Shown here: piece after piece, positions 44,164 to 52,874 of the stretch
How the letters are laid out: each line of letters starts with the position of its first letter
Position numbering within the stretch: the stretch's first letter is position 1
DNA from: Dehalococcoidia bacterium
GTDB taxonomy: Bacteria > Chloroflexota > Dehalococcoidia > Lucifugimonadales > VXLM01
Assembly: GCA_965232435.1 (NCBI GenBank)
Contig: CBDDPU010000004.1
Location: forward strand, 2,812,423-2,876,422
DNA: 64,000 nt
Direction: 5' to 3'
Translations under genes and position numbers: made by a program
The notes under the pieces: generated by a model
The model's database searches: none
What the model was told of the DNA's origin: nothing
What the model saw: only the letters and a program-made list of their open reading frames with translations

Positions 44164-44577
44164 AACTCTCTCTCCTGATGAAGGATATCTTATTTTCTTC
44201 GTTCCCGCGCAAAACGGGAACCGCTGAAGGAGGTTCTCTGGCCGCGCCACTAATACCGGTCCAGTTGCAGAGCCGAAACTATGTCAACTTTAATCCCGAT
44301 ACATATAGCCGTTTGCCCGTAACCGGCCCGGTCGCGTGAGCCTCCCTTGAACTGCGCAGAGAAACAATACCCGCGCGAGCAGGTATTGTCAATAGATTTT
44401 CCCCCAAGGCGCGCATCCTAGTCAACACGGGCTGTCTCCATATCGCCCGGCGCAGCGGGGGTCTCCCGTCCACTGGACGAATGCGTCCGTTCATGAGAAC
44501 GTATACGGACTGAGCCGATAATCCCCTCCGGCGAGCGAGAAAATCGCCTCGCCGGATCAAGCCGAAGGAGCAGTCGC

Positions 44578-45696
44578 ATGTCCCCCAGGAAACACCGAGT
44601 GGCGATGATTGGGGTTGGACGGATGGGCACGAATCACGCCAGGGGATATGAACTCCATCCCAAGTGCGAAGTCGTCGCCGCCGCCGATCCCGATCGGCGG
44701 AATCTCGAACGCTTCCGAGAGCGATTCGGCGTCTCCGCCCTCTATAGCAGCTACCAAGACCTCCTTGCCAACGAGCAGATAGACATCGCCGCGCCCGTCC
44801 TGCCCGTAAGCGTGAACCCGGAGGTCGTCATCGCCTGCGCCGAAGCCGGAGTGCGCGCAGTCTTCAGCGAGAAACCGATCGCGGCCAGTCTCGAGGAAGC
44901 CGACCGCATGGTGGAGGCCTGTCGCTCCCGCGACATTCCCTTCGCATGTGGGGACGCATGGCGTAACCTGCCGCAGTTCCGGCAGTTCAAGTCCCTGGTC
45001 GACCGAGGCGAAGTCGGCGAAGTCAGAAGCATCAACGTCTACCATCCGCACGACGAGATATCGGGGGGCGGATGTCAAAGCCTTGGCGTCATGCGGCTCA
45101 TGGCCGGAGACGCGGATGTCGATTGGGTGGTCGGATGGGTCAAGGACGATCCCCTCAGTGACAACGACCAGGGCATGGGCGGAGTCGTGCGCTTCGTCAA
45201 CGGCATCGAGGCCTTCATCCACATGAACGCGGTCGGAAAGTTCGGTATCGAGGTGAATACGAGCCGATCCGTTTTTTTCAGCGACTGGAAGACCTTCCGG
45301 CTCTGGCCCCTGTCCGAGGACGCAGTCCCCACTGAAGCCGGCTGGCCGGATCACGAAACACCCGGGGTTTTTGAGGACGCCGCCAACCCCGTTGACCCGT
45401 ATGGCGAGGACGGCCGCAGGCTCCCGTACTATCGACAGCGCGCCAGCATCAACGCGATAGTACAGGCCCTTGAAGAGGGTCGCGAACCTTGGACGAGCGG
45501 CGACAACATGCGCAAGGCGCTGGAAATCGGCATCGCCCTGCGGGAATCTCACCGACGCGGCCACGCGCCCGTCGCCCTTCCACTCGAGGACCGCAGCCTT
45601 CGCATACTCCCGCGGCCCGGCCGCTGGCTCAACAAGCGAGAAGTCTACGGCGACGAATGGTACGAAGACGCCATGGCCGCGCATCAGCGCACATAG
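44578..45696 (+). CDS. Gfo/Idh/MocA-family NAD(P)-dependent oxidoreductase
   Basis: Rossmann start VAMIGVGRMGTNHARGY and the EKP motif (VFSEKPIAASLEEADRMVEA). Confidence 0.8.
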   Translation: MSPRKHRVAMIGVGRMGTNHARGYELHPKCEVVAAADPDRRNLERFRERFGVSALYSSYQDLLANEQIDIAAPVLPVSVNPEVVIACAEAGVRAVFSEKPIAASLEEADRMVEACRSRDIPFACGDAWRNLPQFRQFKSLVDRGEVGEVRSINVYHPHDEISGGGCQSLGVMRLMAGDADVDWVVGWVKDDPLSDNDQGMGGVVRFVNGIEAFIHMNAVGKFGIEVNTSRSVFFSDWKTFRLWPLSEDAVPTEAGWPDHETPGVFEDAANPVDPYGEDGRRLPYYRQRASINAIVQALEEGREPWTSGDNMRKALEIGIALRESHRRGHAPVALPLEDRSLRILPRPGRWLNKREVYGDEWYEDAMAAHQRT

Positions 45697-45731
45697 AGCC
45701 GCGCCCGAAAACGCTAGGCTCGACTCGGTGC

Positions 45732-46100
45732 TCACGAAATAGGCACGATTGCCCGTTTGTGAACCGCCTTGCCGATCATCTTCTCGCCCTCGCGCGCCTC
45801 GATATGATAGGTCAGCTTATTGCCGTCCACCTCGGTAAGCTCCGCAGTCACCGTGACCTGCCCTCCGATGAACGTCGGCGCAAGATGACGCATCTGATCG
45901 ACTCCGTACCCAACGGTCGTCTTGCCATCAGGAAGCAAATGGTCGGTGCTGTGGATACTCGACCATTCCATCAGGGCAAGAAGCGAGGGCGTCGAGAGCA
46001 CATCCGCCTCGGGCTTGCCCATTCGATTAATGGTCTGCTCCGCCTTCACAATGTCCGTAAGCTCGTAACGCAGTCCCGGCCTGATCTCGTCCATTCCCAT
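45732..46100 (-). CDS. hotdog-fold thioesterase family protein
   Basis: ATG at 46100 preceded by AGGAG. LSTPSLLALMEWSS...TVGYGVDQMRHLAPTFIGGQVTVTAELTEVDGNKLTY is typical of a thioesterase-superfamily core. Confidence 0.6.
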   Translation of the reverse strand: MGMDEIRPGLRYELTDIVKAEQTINRMGKPEADVLSTPSLLALMEWSSIHSTDHLLPDGKTTVGYGVDQMRHLAPTFIGGQVTVTAELTEVDGNKLTYHIEAREGEKMIGKAVHKRAIVPIS

Positions 46101-46146
46101 CTTTGTCACTCCTATCGTGATCCCTTCATGCCAGGCGCAGCCGCCC

Positions 46147-46536
46147 TCATCCGGAGGGGATGAGATTGCCTTCCGAACTGTGGCCGACAACCGAGGCGAC
46201 CGCGTAATTCTTCGAATGAGAGAGGGAAAGGGCGATGTCGGTCAGGCCGATGCGCTCGGCTCGCGCGCGGGCGGTGCCGTGGAGCGCTATGCGCGGAGCC
46301 ATTCCCGGCGGGCGAACCACCTCGATGTCCCGCCAGCGCACCCCGCGCACTCCCGTGCCGAGCAGTTTCATCACAGCCTCCTTCGCCGCGAACCTGCTCG
46401 CGAGCTGTGGAGCGCGACCCCGCGCGTACCGCGCCTCTCCGTCTCGGTAAATTCGCTTCAGGAACCTTTCGCCATACCGCTCAAAGACCCGTTCCACTCG
46501 GTCGATCTCTATAATGTCGACCCCGGTTACCAGCAT
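46147..46536 (-). CDS. acpS: holo-[acyl-carrier-protein] synthase
   Basis: MLVTGVDIIEIDRV...FAAKEAVMKLLG...SLSHSKNYAVA. The ATG at 46536 was chosen; the longer ORF overlaps metF. Confidence 0.85.
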   Translation of the reverse strand: MLVTGVDIIEIDRVERVFERYGERFLKRIYRDGEARYARGRAPQLASRFAAKEAVMKLLGTGVRGVRWRDIEVVRPPGMAPRIALHGTARARAERIGLTDIALSLSHSKNYAVASVVGHSSEGNLIPSG

Positions 46537-46594
46537 GTGCCAAGGTTCTCGACGTCCGGGCGCCGTCCGATAGCGTGATTCCTCTTCACTCGTT

Positions 46595-47476
46595 CTACTC
46601 GCCTTGAAGCAGTCCCGCCGCTTCCAAAATCGCCGGAATGCGCGATTCCCAGCCAATAGCCATGATGTGCGTCCCATCGCACATTCCCCGCACTTCGCTG
46701 ATTAGCCTAGCCGTTATCCTCACGCCCGCGGCCGCCCGGTCCTCCGCCGTATCGATCTCGTCGATGATGCTCTGCGGAATACTCACACCCGGCAGCTTAT
46801 CGTTCAGAAACCGCGCCATTCTCCCGGACTTGAGGACGATCATACCGGCCAGAACCGGCGCGCCGAAGTCTCGCGCGCCTTCCATAAATCGCTCGAAGCC
46901 CGCCGCGTCGTACACGCCCTGGGTCTGAAAGAACTGCGCCCCGGCCCTCACCTTCTCCTCCATGCGCGCTAGTTCCTTGTCGAGATCGTCCGCGCCGGGA
47001 TTGGCCACGGCTCCGGCAAACAGCGTTGGCGTGCCTTTGAGCTCGTTCCCGTACATGTCCGCGCCGGAGTTCATCGCGGCGACCGCCTCGAGCAGCGTCT
47101 CGGCCTTCAGGTCGAACACCCCCTTGGCATCCGGATGGTCTCCACGGCCCGGCGGATCGCCGCTCATGCACAGCACGTTTCGGATTCCGAGCGCGGCGGC
47201 CGCAAGGATTTCGCCCTCCAACGCGATGCGGTTCCTGTCGCGTCCCGTCACTTGGAGAATCGGTTCGATTCCCCTGTCGAGCATCAAGTGCGCCGCCGCA
47301 ATCGGCGCCATCGACATGTTCGCTCCCGCCGAGTCGGTCACGTTGAACGCTCCCACCATACCGTTCAAAGACTCCGCTCGACCAAGCAGCGGCCCCAAGT
47401 CCGTGCCCTTCGGCGGATTCAACTCGGTCGTAACAACGAACTCACCCGAAGTGAGGGTCTCGGAAAACGTTCTCAA
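46595..47476 (-). CDS. metF: methylenetetrahydrofolate reductase
   Basis: FVVTTELNPPKG...FNVTDSAGANMSM...TGRDRNRIALEGEILAAAALGIRNVLCMSGDPP. Confidence 0.8.
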   Translation of the reverse strand: MRTFSETLTSGEFVVTTELNPPKGTDLGPLLGRAESLNGMVGAFNVTDSAGANMSMAPIAAAHLMLDRGIEPILQVTGRDRNRIALEGEILAAAALGIRNVLCMSGDPPGRGDHPDAKGVFDLKAETLLEAVAAMNSGADMYGNELKGTPTLFAGAVANPGADDLDKELARMEEKVRAGAQFFQTQGVYDAAGFERFMEGARDFGAPVLAGMIVLKSGRMARFLNDKLPGVSIPQSIIDEIDTAEDRAAAGVRITARLISEVRGMCDGTHIMAIGWESRIPAILEAAGLLQGE

Positions 47477-47691
47477 ATGGGGCCTCCTCGAATCGGGCGA
47501 CTCGCGGCCACCCGCAGCCGCCTCAATTGGCAGAAATTATAGTCGCGACCGGCCGCAATTGAAAGCTCCCTTGAATGCCAAGAACCGGCATCGCCCGCTC
47601 GTCCGCCGTGACAAGATGCAACCGGAATGGCGCATGATACAATCCTAACCATTAGTGCAAGTTTGGCGATCTGACGATCGAGGGAGGGCTC

Positions 47692-48582
47692 GTGAGCGCG
47701 AAGATCATCGACGGGGCAAGGATCGCGGCGGAGGTGCGCGCGGAAGTTGCGGCGGACGTCACGGCATTCGCCGAGGCACACGGCTTCGCCCCGCATCTGG
47801 CCGTCGTCCTCGTCGGCGACGACCCCGCGTCAAAGGTCTACGTGCGCAACAAGCATCGCGCCGCCGCCGAGGCCGGCATGACCACGAGCGACGTGACTCT
47901 ACCCGCCTCAACTGACCAGGGATATTTCCTCTCCGAAGTGCGTCGGCTCGGCGACTCGCCAAACGTCCACGGTATTCTCGTCCAACTGCCCCTGCCGGAT
48001 CACCTCGATCAATACTCCGTCATCGAGACCATTGATCCCCTGAAGGACGTGGACGCCCTCCACCCCTTCAATGTCGGTCTCCTCTCCCAGGGCCGTGAGC
48101 GATTCGCCCCCGCTACTCCCGCCGGCATCCGTGAAATGCTCATCCGTGAAGGTCACGACCCCGCCGGAAGGCACGTCGCGGTTGTCGGGCGCAGCGAAAT
48201 TGTCGGCAAGCCCATCGCCTCCATGCTCATGCAAAAACAGGCCGGCGCAGACGCCACCGTGACGATCTGCCACTCTCGCACCGCCGACATGCCCTCGATC
48301 ACGAGGCAGGCCGACATCCTCGTCGCCGCTATCGGACGCCCGCGATACATCACGGCCGACATGATTAAAGATGGCGCGGTCATCATCGACGTCGGGATCA
48401 ATCGGATCGACGCCCCTGAACGCCGACGCGGATATCGGCTCGTGGGCGACGTGGACTTTGACTCCGTGTCCGAAAAGGCCTCAGCCATAACACCCGTCCC
48501 CGGCGGCGTCGGCCCCATGACCATCGCAATGCTCCTCCGCAACACCTTGAAGGCCGCCCAATTGTCCGTAAATTCGTCATAG
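47692..48582 (+). CDS. folD: bifunctional methylenetetrahydrofolate dehydrogenase / methenyl-THF cyclohydrolase
   Basis: GTG start. KIIDGARIAAEVR..., LAVVLVGDDPASKVYVRNK, GILVQLPLP, VVGRSEIVGKP, TPVPGGVGPMTIAML. Confidence 0.9.
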   Translation: MSAKIIDGARIAAEVRAEVAADVTAFAEAHGFAPHLAVVLVGDDPASKVYVRNKHRAAAEAGMTTSDVTLPASTDQGYFLSEVRRLGDSPNVHGILVQLPLPDHLDQYSVIETIDPLKDVDALHPFNVGLLSQGRERFAPATPAGIREMLIREGHDPAGRHVAVVGRSEIVGKPIASMLMQKQAGADATVTICHSRTADMPSITRQADILVAAIGRPRYITADMIKDGAVIIDVGINRIDAPERRRGYRLVGDVDFDSVSEKASAITPVPGGVGPMTIAMLLRNTLKAAQLSVNSS

Positions 48583-48697
48583 TCGCAATCTCGCGGCCAC
48601 GCGCGACCGACCCTCAGGCGGCGCCCTGTACATCGCAAGCGCATCCTCCGATTTGACGTTGCGTCAACGGCATTGCTACCATTCGCGAGAGTTCGAT

Positions 48698-49429
48698 ATG
48701 ATCGATTCTATCCTTACGTCAGACTTTCATGAGCTAGAGCGGCGCATCAGCGTATGCGCCCTCTGCACACTCGGAACCAAGAGGACCACGGCCGTGCCCG
48801 GAAACGGCTCGCGCACGGCCGGGCTCATGTTCATCGGCGAAGGGCCCGGCTACTACGAAGACCAGCAGGGCCTCCCGTTCGTCGGACGGGCCGGCCAACT
48901 TCTCAACGAAATGCTGGCGACAATCGGCATCAGACGCGAGGATGTGTTCGTCACGAACATGATCAAGTGCCGCGCGCCCAACAACCGCGACCCCCTTCCC
49001 ATAGAAATCAGGTCCTGCGCGCCCTATCTCGACCGGCAAATAGAGCTCCTCTCGCCCAAGGTCATCGTAACACTCGGCCGCTATTCGACCGCCAAATTCT
49101 TCCCCGACGAGCCGATCGGCAAACTGCGAGGCGTTCCGGCCAATTGGAACGGCATCACCATATATCCGATGTACCACCCGGCGGCCGCTCTGCGAAATTC
49201 CAACATCCGCGCCTCGCTGGAACGCGACTTTCTCCAACTTCCCGCCCTTTTGGAAGCTCCACCCGTAACCTCCCGTCCCGAACCTGTCTCACCCCCTGCG
49301 CCGCAAATCGCTCAACTCGGACTCCTCGATACGGCCCCGCCCCAAGCGCCCGCCCCACCGAGCGATGACCCGGTTAGCGACCCTCCCGAAGATCCCCTGC
49401 CGCATCCGGGGCAGCTTGGCATGTTCTAG
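48698..49429 (+). CDS. family-4 uracil-DNA glycosylase with Pro-rich C-terminal tail
   Basis: CALC...LMFIGEGPGYYEDQQGLPFVGRAGQLL, HPAAALR. ATG at 48698; the maximal ORF starts with TTG at 48653. Confidence 0.8.
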   Translation: MIDSILTSDFHELERRISVCALCTLGTKRTTAVPGNGSRTAGLMFIGEGPGYYEDQQGLPFVGRAGQLLNEMLATIGIRREDVFVTNMIKCRAPNNRDPLPIEIRSCAPYLDRQIELLSPKVIVTLGRYSTAKFFPDEPIGKLRGVPANWNGITIYPMYHPAAALRNSNIRASLERDFLQLPALLEAPPVTSRPEPVSPPAPQIAQLGLLDTAPPQAPAPPSDDPVSDPPEDPLPHPGQLGMF

Positions 49430-49481
49430 CCGCGCGGCAGCGACCTTTGCGTCACCGACCGCTCAAGTCCTTCATTCCGAC

Positions 49482-49507
49482 CGTAGGGAGGAATCTCGAG
49501 TATTGAG
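49482..49507 (+). repeat. GTCATTCC-family variant hairpin
   Basis: tcattccgaccgtagggaggaatctc (arms attcc/ggaat). Confidence 0.7.
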
Positions 49508-49562
49508 CGGTCGCGATAGGGTCGTTCCAGCTGCTGCGCCGGTTTGGAGGACAAGGATTTTC

Positions 49563-49597
49563 GATTCCTCACTCCGCTGCGCTGCGTTCGGCGTGAC
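49563..49597 (-). repeat. GTCA...GGAATC-family variant (reverse orientation)
   Basis: The plus strand reads gattcctcactccgctgcgctgcgttcggcgtgac. The reverse-complement core cgaacgcagc..ag.gtgaggaatc recurs at 52534-52557. Confidence 0.75.
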
Positions 49598-49664
49598 AGC
49601 GGCCGGGGTTACATAAGGGTCTCCGCAGTACGGGAACGCTCGGCTATCAACGTCCGCGAAACCC

Positions 49665-49693
49665 TTACCCCATGCCGGCGGTTCTAGTAGAAT
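49665..49693 (+). promoter_or_regulatory. candidate promoter TTACCC-N17-TAGAAT upstream of rnj
   Basis: ttaccc 49665-49670, 17-nt spacer, tagaat 49688-49693. Confidence 0.35.
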
Positions 49694-49739
49694 ACATAGT
49701 GTGCGCTCAACTTCCGCCCGAAGAGACACCCCATTTAAG

Positions 49740-51398
49740 ATGAACGAAACTCCACTGCGAGTCATCCCGCTTGGCGGACTCGGCGAGATCGGCAAGAACA
49801 TGATGGTCATCGAGTACGGCGACGAGGCCGTTGTGATCGATGCCGGCGTCCTGTTTCCCGAGGAATCCATGCCGGGGGTGGATTTCGTCATCCCCGACCT
49901 CTCATACTTGGTCGAGAACGTCGACAAGATCAAGGGCATCCTCATCACTCATGGGCATGAAGACCACATCGGCGCTCTGCCCCACGTCCTAGACCGCATC
50001 GACGTCCCCGTATACTCCTCGAGGCTGACGCACGGACTCATCACCGTAAAACTCCGCGAACATGGACAACTCGCCGACGCCCGACTCAATGTCGTCGAAC
50101 CCTACCAGCCATTCACTCTTGGCAAGCTGGGCGTCGAGTTCTTCCGTGTATGCCACTCCATCCCGGACGCCATGGGCATTGCCGTAAGGACACCCCTCGG
50201 ATTGGTAATTCACACCGGCGATTTCAAAGTAGACCACACGCCGGTCGACGGCAAGGCCACCGACTTCTCCGCCCTCGCAAGAATGGCCGAGGAAGACGTT
50301 CTCCTTCTGTGTTCCGATTCCACCTACGCCGAAGTTGACGGCTATACCCCCTCGGAGCAGGTTGTCGGCGACGCCCTCGACCGCGAGATCGCACGAGCTT
50401 CAGGCCGCGTGATGGTCGCCACATTCGCATCTCTCATCTCACGAGTGCAGCAGGTCATCGATGCCGCCGCCAAGTACGACCGCAAAGTGACCGTCGTCGG
50501 GCGGAGTATGATCAACAACGTCAAAATGGCTCGAAATATGGGCTACCTGCGCGTTCCGCCCGATTTTCTTGTCTCTATAAACTCGGCCCGTAAACTGCCG
50601 CAGGACGAGGTTGTCATCATAGCCACCGGTGCCCAGGGTGAACCTACTTCCGCCCTCGTGCGAATCGCCAACGGCGAACACCAAGACATCGAAATTGAAG
50701 AAGGCGACACCGTCATCGTTTCCGCCTCCCCGATTCCCGGAAACGAAACGCTCGTTGCCCGCACGCTCGACAACCTCCTGCGACAGGGCGCCAGGGTCCT
50801 CTACAGCCGCGTCGCCACGGTTCACGTCCACGGTCACGCCAGCCGTGAAGAACTGAAGATGATGATCAGCCTCGTCAAACCGAAGTTCTTTGTCCCAGTG
50901 CACGGCGAATATCGCCACCTCGTCGCCCATGCCGATCTGGCCGTCTCGATGGGAATTCCCTCTGAAAACGCCTTCGTGCTCGAGGACGGCGAGGTGCTGG
51001 CCCTATGGGAAGACTATGGCGAAGTAGTCGACGACGTGCCCGCAGGCCACATCTACGTGGACGGCCACCGCACTTGGGACGACACCAGCGGAATCCTCCA
51101 TGAACGCAGACGTCTCGCCAGCGACGGGGTAGTCACTTTTACCGTGACAATCGACAAGGACACGGGTCACTCACTCAATCACCCTGTCGTTAGATCGTCG
51201 GGTTTCCTCGATCAAAATGGCGGGGGCGGCATCCTTGACCATGCCTCGGATGTCGTTCTAGACGCCGTCGAAGAACTCACGGCAAGCGAGCGGCGCAACG
51301 GCAAAATCGAGCCCACCATCAAGCGCGCCCTATCGAAATATCTCTACGATGAAACCCGGATGCGCCCAACTATCATCGTCCAAACGGAGCTTATGTAA
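49740..51398 (+). CDS. rnj: ribonuclease J (metallo-beta-lactamase / beta-CASP)
   Basis: LRVIPLGGLGEIGKNMMVIEY and the HGHEDHIGALP motif. ATG at 49740; the maximal ORF starts with GTG at 49701. Confidence 0.9.
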   Translation: MNETPLRVIPLGGLGEIGKNMMVIEYGDEAVVIDAGVLFPEESMPGVDFVIPDLSYLVENVDKIKGILITHGHEDHIGALPHVLDRIDVPVYSSRLTHGLITVKLREHGQLADARLNVVEPYQPFTLGKLGVEFFRVCHSIPDAMGIAVRTPLGLVIHTGDFKVDHTPVDGKATDFSALARMAEEDVLLLCSDSTYAEVDGYTPSEQVVGDALDREIARASGRVMVATFASLISRVQQVIDAAAKYDRKVTVVGRSMINNVKMARNMGYLRVPPDFLVSINSARKLPQDEVVIIATGAQGEPTSALVRIANGEHQDIEIEEGDTVIVSASPIPGNETLVARTLDNLLRQGARVLYSRVATVHVHGHASREELKMMISLVKPKFFVPVHGEYRHLVAHADLAVSMGIPSENAFVLEDGEVLALWEDYGEVVDDVPAGHIYVDGHRTWDDTSGILHERRRLASDGVVTFTVTIDKDTGHSLNHPVVRSSGFLDQNGGGGILDHASDVVLDAVEELTASERRNGKIEPTIKRALSKYLYDETRMRPTIIVQTELM

Positions 51399-51400
51399 TA

Positions 51401-52327
51401 ATGCCTTTCATGCACTATGTACGCAACGCGTCCCGCCGCTCCATTCGTCAAACGGCTGATTCGAGCGACGGATTCACGCTCATTGAGCTCATCGTGGTCA
51501 TCGCAATCCTCGGCATCCTCATCGCCATCGCCGTGCCCACGATCAGAGGATTCCTCGAAAGCTCCAGGGAGCAGGCCTACGAGACCGACCGTCGCGTCAT
51601 TCAACTCGCCGTGGACGCCTATTACTACAGCCCCGGCAACGAACGAGTCGACAACAAGCGTCAGTATCCCGTCATGGGTAAGCGCAACCAGAATCGGCCC
51701 GTGGACGAAAGAGGATTCAGTGACACGCACACCCGCCTCCGGCTCGACAAGTGCGAAGGCAGCGACGCCGATGATCCCATCGTGTTTACGTTTGAAGAGA
51801 AATTCTATGAACAGCCCGCGCCTCCCCATCCCGTGCTCGGAACCCAAGGCGGCATCCCCATCTGGCAGGAGGGTTCCGGCCCCAACCGCGACGGCGTAAG
51901 AAACGACGCGACGCGGGACAAAACCCTTCTCTACTGTCCGCCCGATCCCGAAGAAGATACCGACGACACCGATAACGACGATCCCGAAGATCGCACCGAT
52001 CATTGGCTCGCAGTCGTAACGACCCCTCAGGGCACTGCCTGCAGCCCGCAAAGCGACACCGGCTGCGTCGTCTTCAGCAGCCGCGACTACATCATCGACT
52101 TCTGCGAACTCATCTGGAAAGGGTTCTTAGAGGACATCCCAAGGTCGGCGTCCAACGATCACGATCGCAAATGCACCCTCGGAAGCGCCGATCCCGAAGC
52201 CGACGCCTCATCCGAACAGGAGCACGGGAGCTACACCTGGTATGTCGATGTTGGCGGCAAGGTGCAGAGCCTCTATTTCTTCCTCCCCACGGAAGATCGA
52301 GTCGGCTATCAAATCGCCTACCCTTAG
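51401..52327 (+). CDS. type IV pilin-like protein (prepilin-type N-terminal cleavage/methylation domain) with acidic, Cys-containing globular part
   Basis: Class III signal ...SSDG/FTLIELIVVIAILGILIAIAVP. Starts 3 nt after the rnj stop. 308 aa. Confidence 0.7.
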   Translation: MPFMHYVRNASRRSIRQTADSSDGFTLIELIVVIAILGILIAIAVPTIRGFLESSREQAYETDRRVIQLAVDAYYYSPGNERVDNKRQYPVMGKRNQNRPVDERGFSDTHTRLRLDKCEGSDADDPIVFTFEEKFYEQPAPPHPVLGTQGGIPIWQEGSGPNRDGVRNDATRDKTLLYCPPDPEEDTDDTDNDDPEDRTDHWLAVVTTPQGTACSPQSDTGCVVFSSRDYIIDFCELIWKGFLEDIPRSASNDHDRKCTLGSADPEADASSEQEHGSYTWYVDVGGKVQSLYFFLPTEDRVGYQIAYP

Positions 52328-52351
52328 CTTCCTTCAGCCGGTTCAACTCTC

Positions 52352-52402
52352 GTCATTCCCGTGAAGGGTTCTCGACCCGTACTCAGTACGGGACGGGAAT
52401 AC
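52352..52402 (+). repeat. nested-hairpin member of the GTCATTCC family
   Basis: gtcattcccg...cgggaatac outer arms enclose the inner palindrome cccgtactcagtacggg (52377-52393). Confidence 0.75.
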
Positions 52403-52533
52403 CCCGCACCTAGAGTCCCTGCCTGCCAACAACGTCCTCAAAATTCTGTATGAGCGCACAAACTCACTCCGTCCACGCGCTCCGTTTCCACAAGGACAGG
52501 CTCCGGAGCCCCTCGCATAATTCCGACCTCCGC

Positions 52534-52557
52534 CCGAACGCAGCAGAGTGAGGAATC
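52534..52557 (+). repeat. repeat unit shared with 49563-49597
   Basis: ccgaacgcagcagagtgaggaatc versus the reverse complement of 49563-49597, gccgaacgcagcgcagcggagtgaggaatc. Confidence 0.75.
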
Positions 52558-52626
52558 TAGCATCCTTGACCTCAAAAACACGCCCGGCAAGTGGGATGAT
52601 CTTATGGCGATGGGCGAACACTTGAG

Positions 52627-52650
52627 ATTCGGCCCTTCGGTTGGAATGAC
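52627..52650 (-). repeat. GTCATTCC-family hairpin (reverse orientation)
   Basis: The plus strand reads gattcggcccttcggttggaatgac; the reverse complement is gtcattccaaccgaagggccgaatc. Confidence 0.75.
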
Positions 52651-52773
52651 AAAGTTGAGCATCGGTTTTGCGTAGGTTTCCCTCCACGGGAATCCACCGC
52701 GCCACGTATCGAACATACCTTCACACCTTCGCCGAAGAGTTCTCTTTCCTCTGTGAAATGCTCTTCAAAATAC

Positions 52774-52779
52774 TAGAAT
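52774..52779 (+). promoter_or_regulatory. TAGAAT -10-like hexamer in the AT-rich patch upstream of ftsK
   Basis: tactagaatatt at 52771-52782, ~95 nt upstream of the ATG at 52875. The -35 is weak. Confidence 0.3.
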
Positions 52780-52874
52780 ATTCCGGGAATCTATCTAAAA
52801 TAAAGACGGAAGACTCCCGTAATCCGCGTCCAAACACGCTCGGAAAACAAGACATTCTCCCCCTAGGTGCAGCG

